Shown one piece after another: positions 15,395 to 15,919 of a DNA stretch of 15,919 nt (positions are counted from its first letter, which is position 1; each line of letters opens with the position of its first letter). The notes under the pieces are model-generated. The model saw nothing but the letters and a program-made list of their open reading frames with translations, had not been told where the DNA came from and did not search any database. A program made the position numbers and the translations under genes. The DNA comes from Planctomycetota bacterium. GTDB taxonomy: Bacteria > Planctomycetota > SZUA-567 > H5-PLA8. Where the stretch lies: the NCBI GenBank assembly GCA_045863855.1, contig BTVV01000136.1, positions 1 to 15,919 on the forward strand, given 5' to 3'.

Positions 15395-15516
15395 CCTCAA
15401 TCGCTCATAGGAACATGTGCTGTGTGGCCTAAACAGTTCTTCACCGGTTGGTGAGGTGTAGGCAAAGGCTTTCTCGACGTCCGCTAAAGGCGGGCGAAGT
15501 CCGTGGAGGGGACCCG

Positions 15517-15919
15517 ATGTCGCGCGTTCGCGGTGGCTTAGTCGTGTTGGCAACCGTCGTGCTTGCTTTGGCTTCGGCCGGCTTGAAGGCGGGAGCCAGC
15601 GGCGAAGAAGTCACGAAGGCCGAATACGAGCAGATGAAGAAGGAGCTGGACGATCTGAAGCGCCAGCTTGAGTCCACGACGCCGATCGGGCCGTCGAGCC
15701 CGGTGGTAGACGAGGCGCTGGACAACAAGTACGGTCCCAACGCTCGCGTGAGCACCCGGGCCGGACGGTTGACCATCGGCGGCTTGCTCCAGGTCTGGTT
15801 CTACAGCATCCAGAACGACAACCGCGGTTGGGTCGATGCGGACGCGCTGAATGGCGGTCCGGGCGCGGGCTGGGGCAGCAACGAGACGAACGATAACGAT
15901 TCGTTCCGCGTGCGCCGCA
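15517..15919 (+). CDS. Secreted, probable outer-membrane porin (OprO/OprP-like); N-terminal part only, truncated by the window edge
   Basis: Absent from the ORF track because it has no stop. GGAGGGG precedes ATG 15517 and 134 codons are open. Signal peptide MSRVRGGLVVLATVVLALASA, coiled coil EYEQMKKELDDLKRQLE, then LTIGGLLQVW...DSFRVRR. Confidence 0.7.
   Translation, partial: MSRVRGGLVVLATVVLALASAGLKAGASGEEVTKAEYEQMKKELDDLKRQLESTTPIGPSSPVVDEALDNKYGPNARVSTRAGRLTIGGLLQVWFYSIQNDNRGWVDADALNGGPGAGWGSNETNDNDSFRVRR

Noticed and set aside
15420..15470. Resemblance to a c-di-GMP-I riboswitch (GGCCTAAAC...TAGG, GGCAAA)
   Set aside because: The upstream GGCAAAC..GAAA..GGGACGCAAAG hairpin is absent and the motif order is wrong.

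Overview
High-GC bacterial chromosomal window, probably Planctomycetota-like (inferred from the Hanks-type kinase architectures and the TrmB type). It holds 15 complete CDSs and one CDS cut by the right edge. Housekeeping genes: an HI0933/YhiN flavoprotein, trmB, a Zn-binding MDR oxidoreductase, a VOC protein, pyrF, truD, mnmA and a HAD phosphatase. Also present are two Ser/Thr kinases, a small membrane protein and the start of a probable porin. Accessory elements: (1) a DprA/SLOG-like domain fused to an AbiGi/DarT-like ADP-ribosyltransferase-fold domain, the best candidate for an undescribed system; (2) an MntA-type nucleotidyltransferase with no HEPN partner, followed by a low-GC membrane-protein gene; (3) a low-GC Cys-rich YwqG/PDCD2 (TYPP)-like gene between HAD and mnmA. 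Non-coding signals: a nested ~137-nt stem structure between the first kinase and truD, a heptamer repeat that builds the pyrF promoter, three apparently leaderless genes, and a structured porin leader. I saw no rRNA, tRNA, CRISPR array, transposase or integrase. All family calls come from motif recognition by eye, not database searches.
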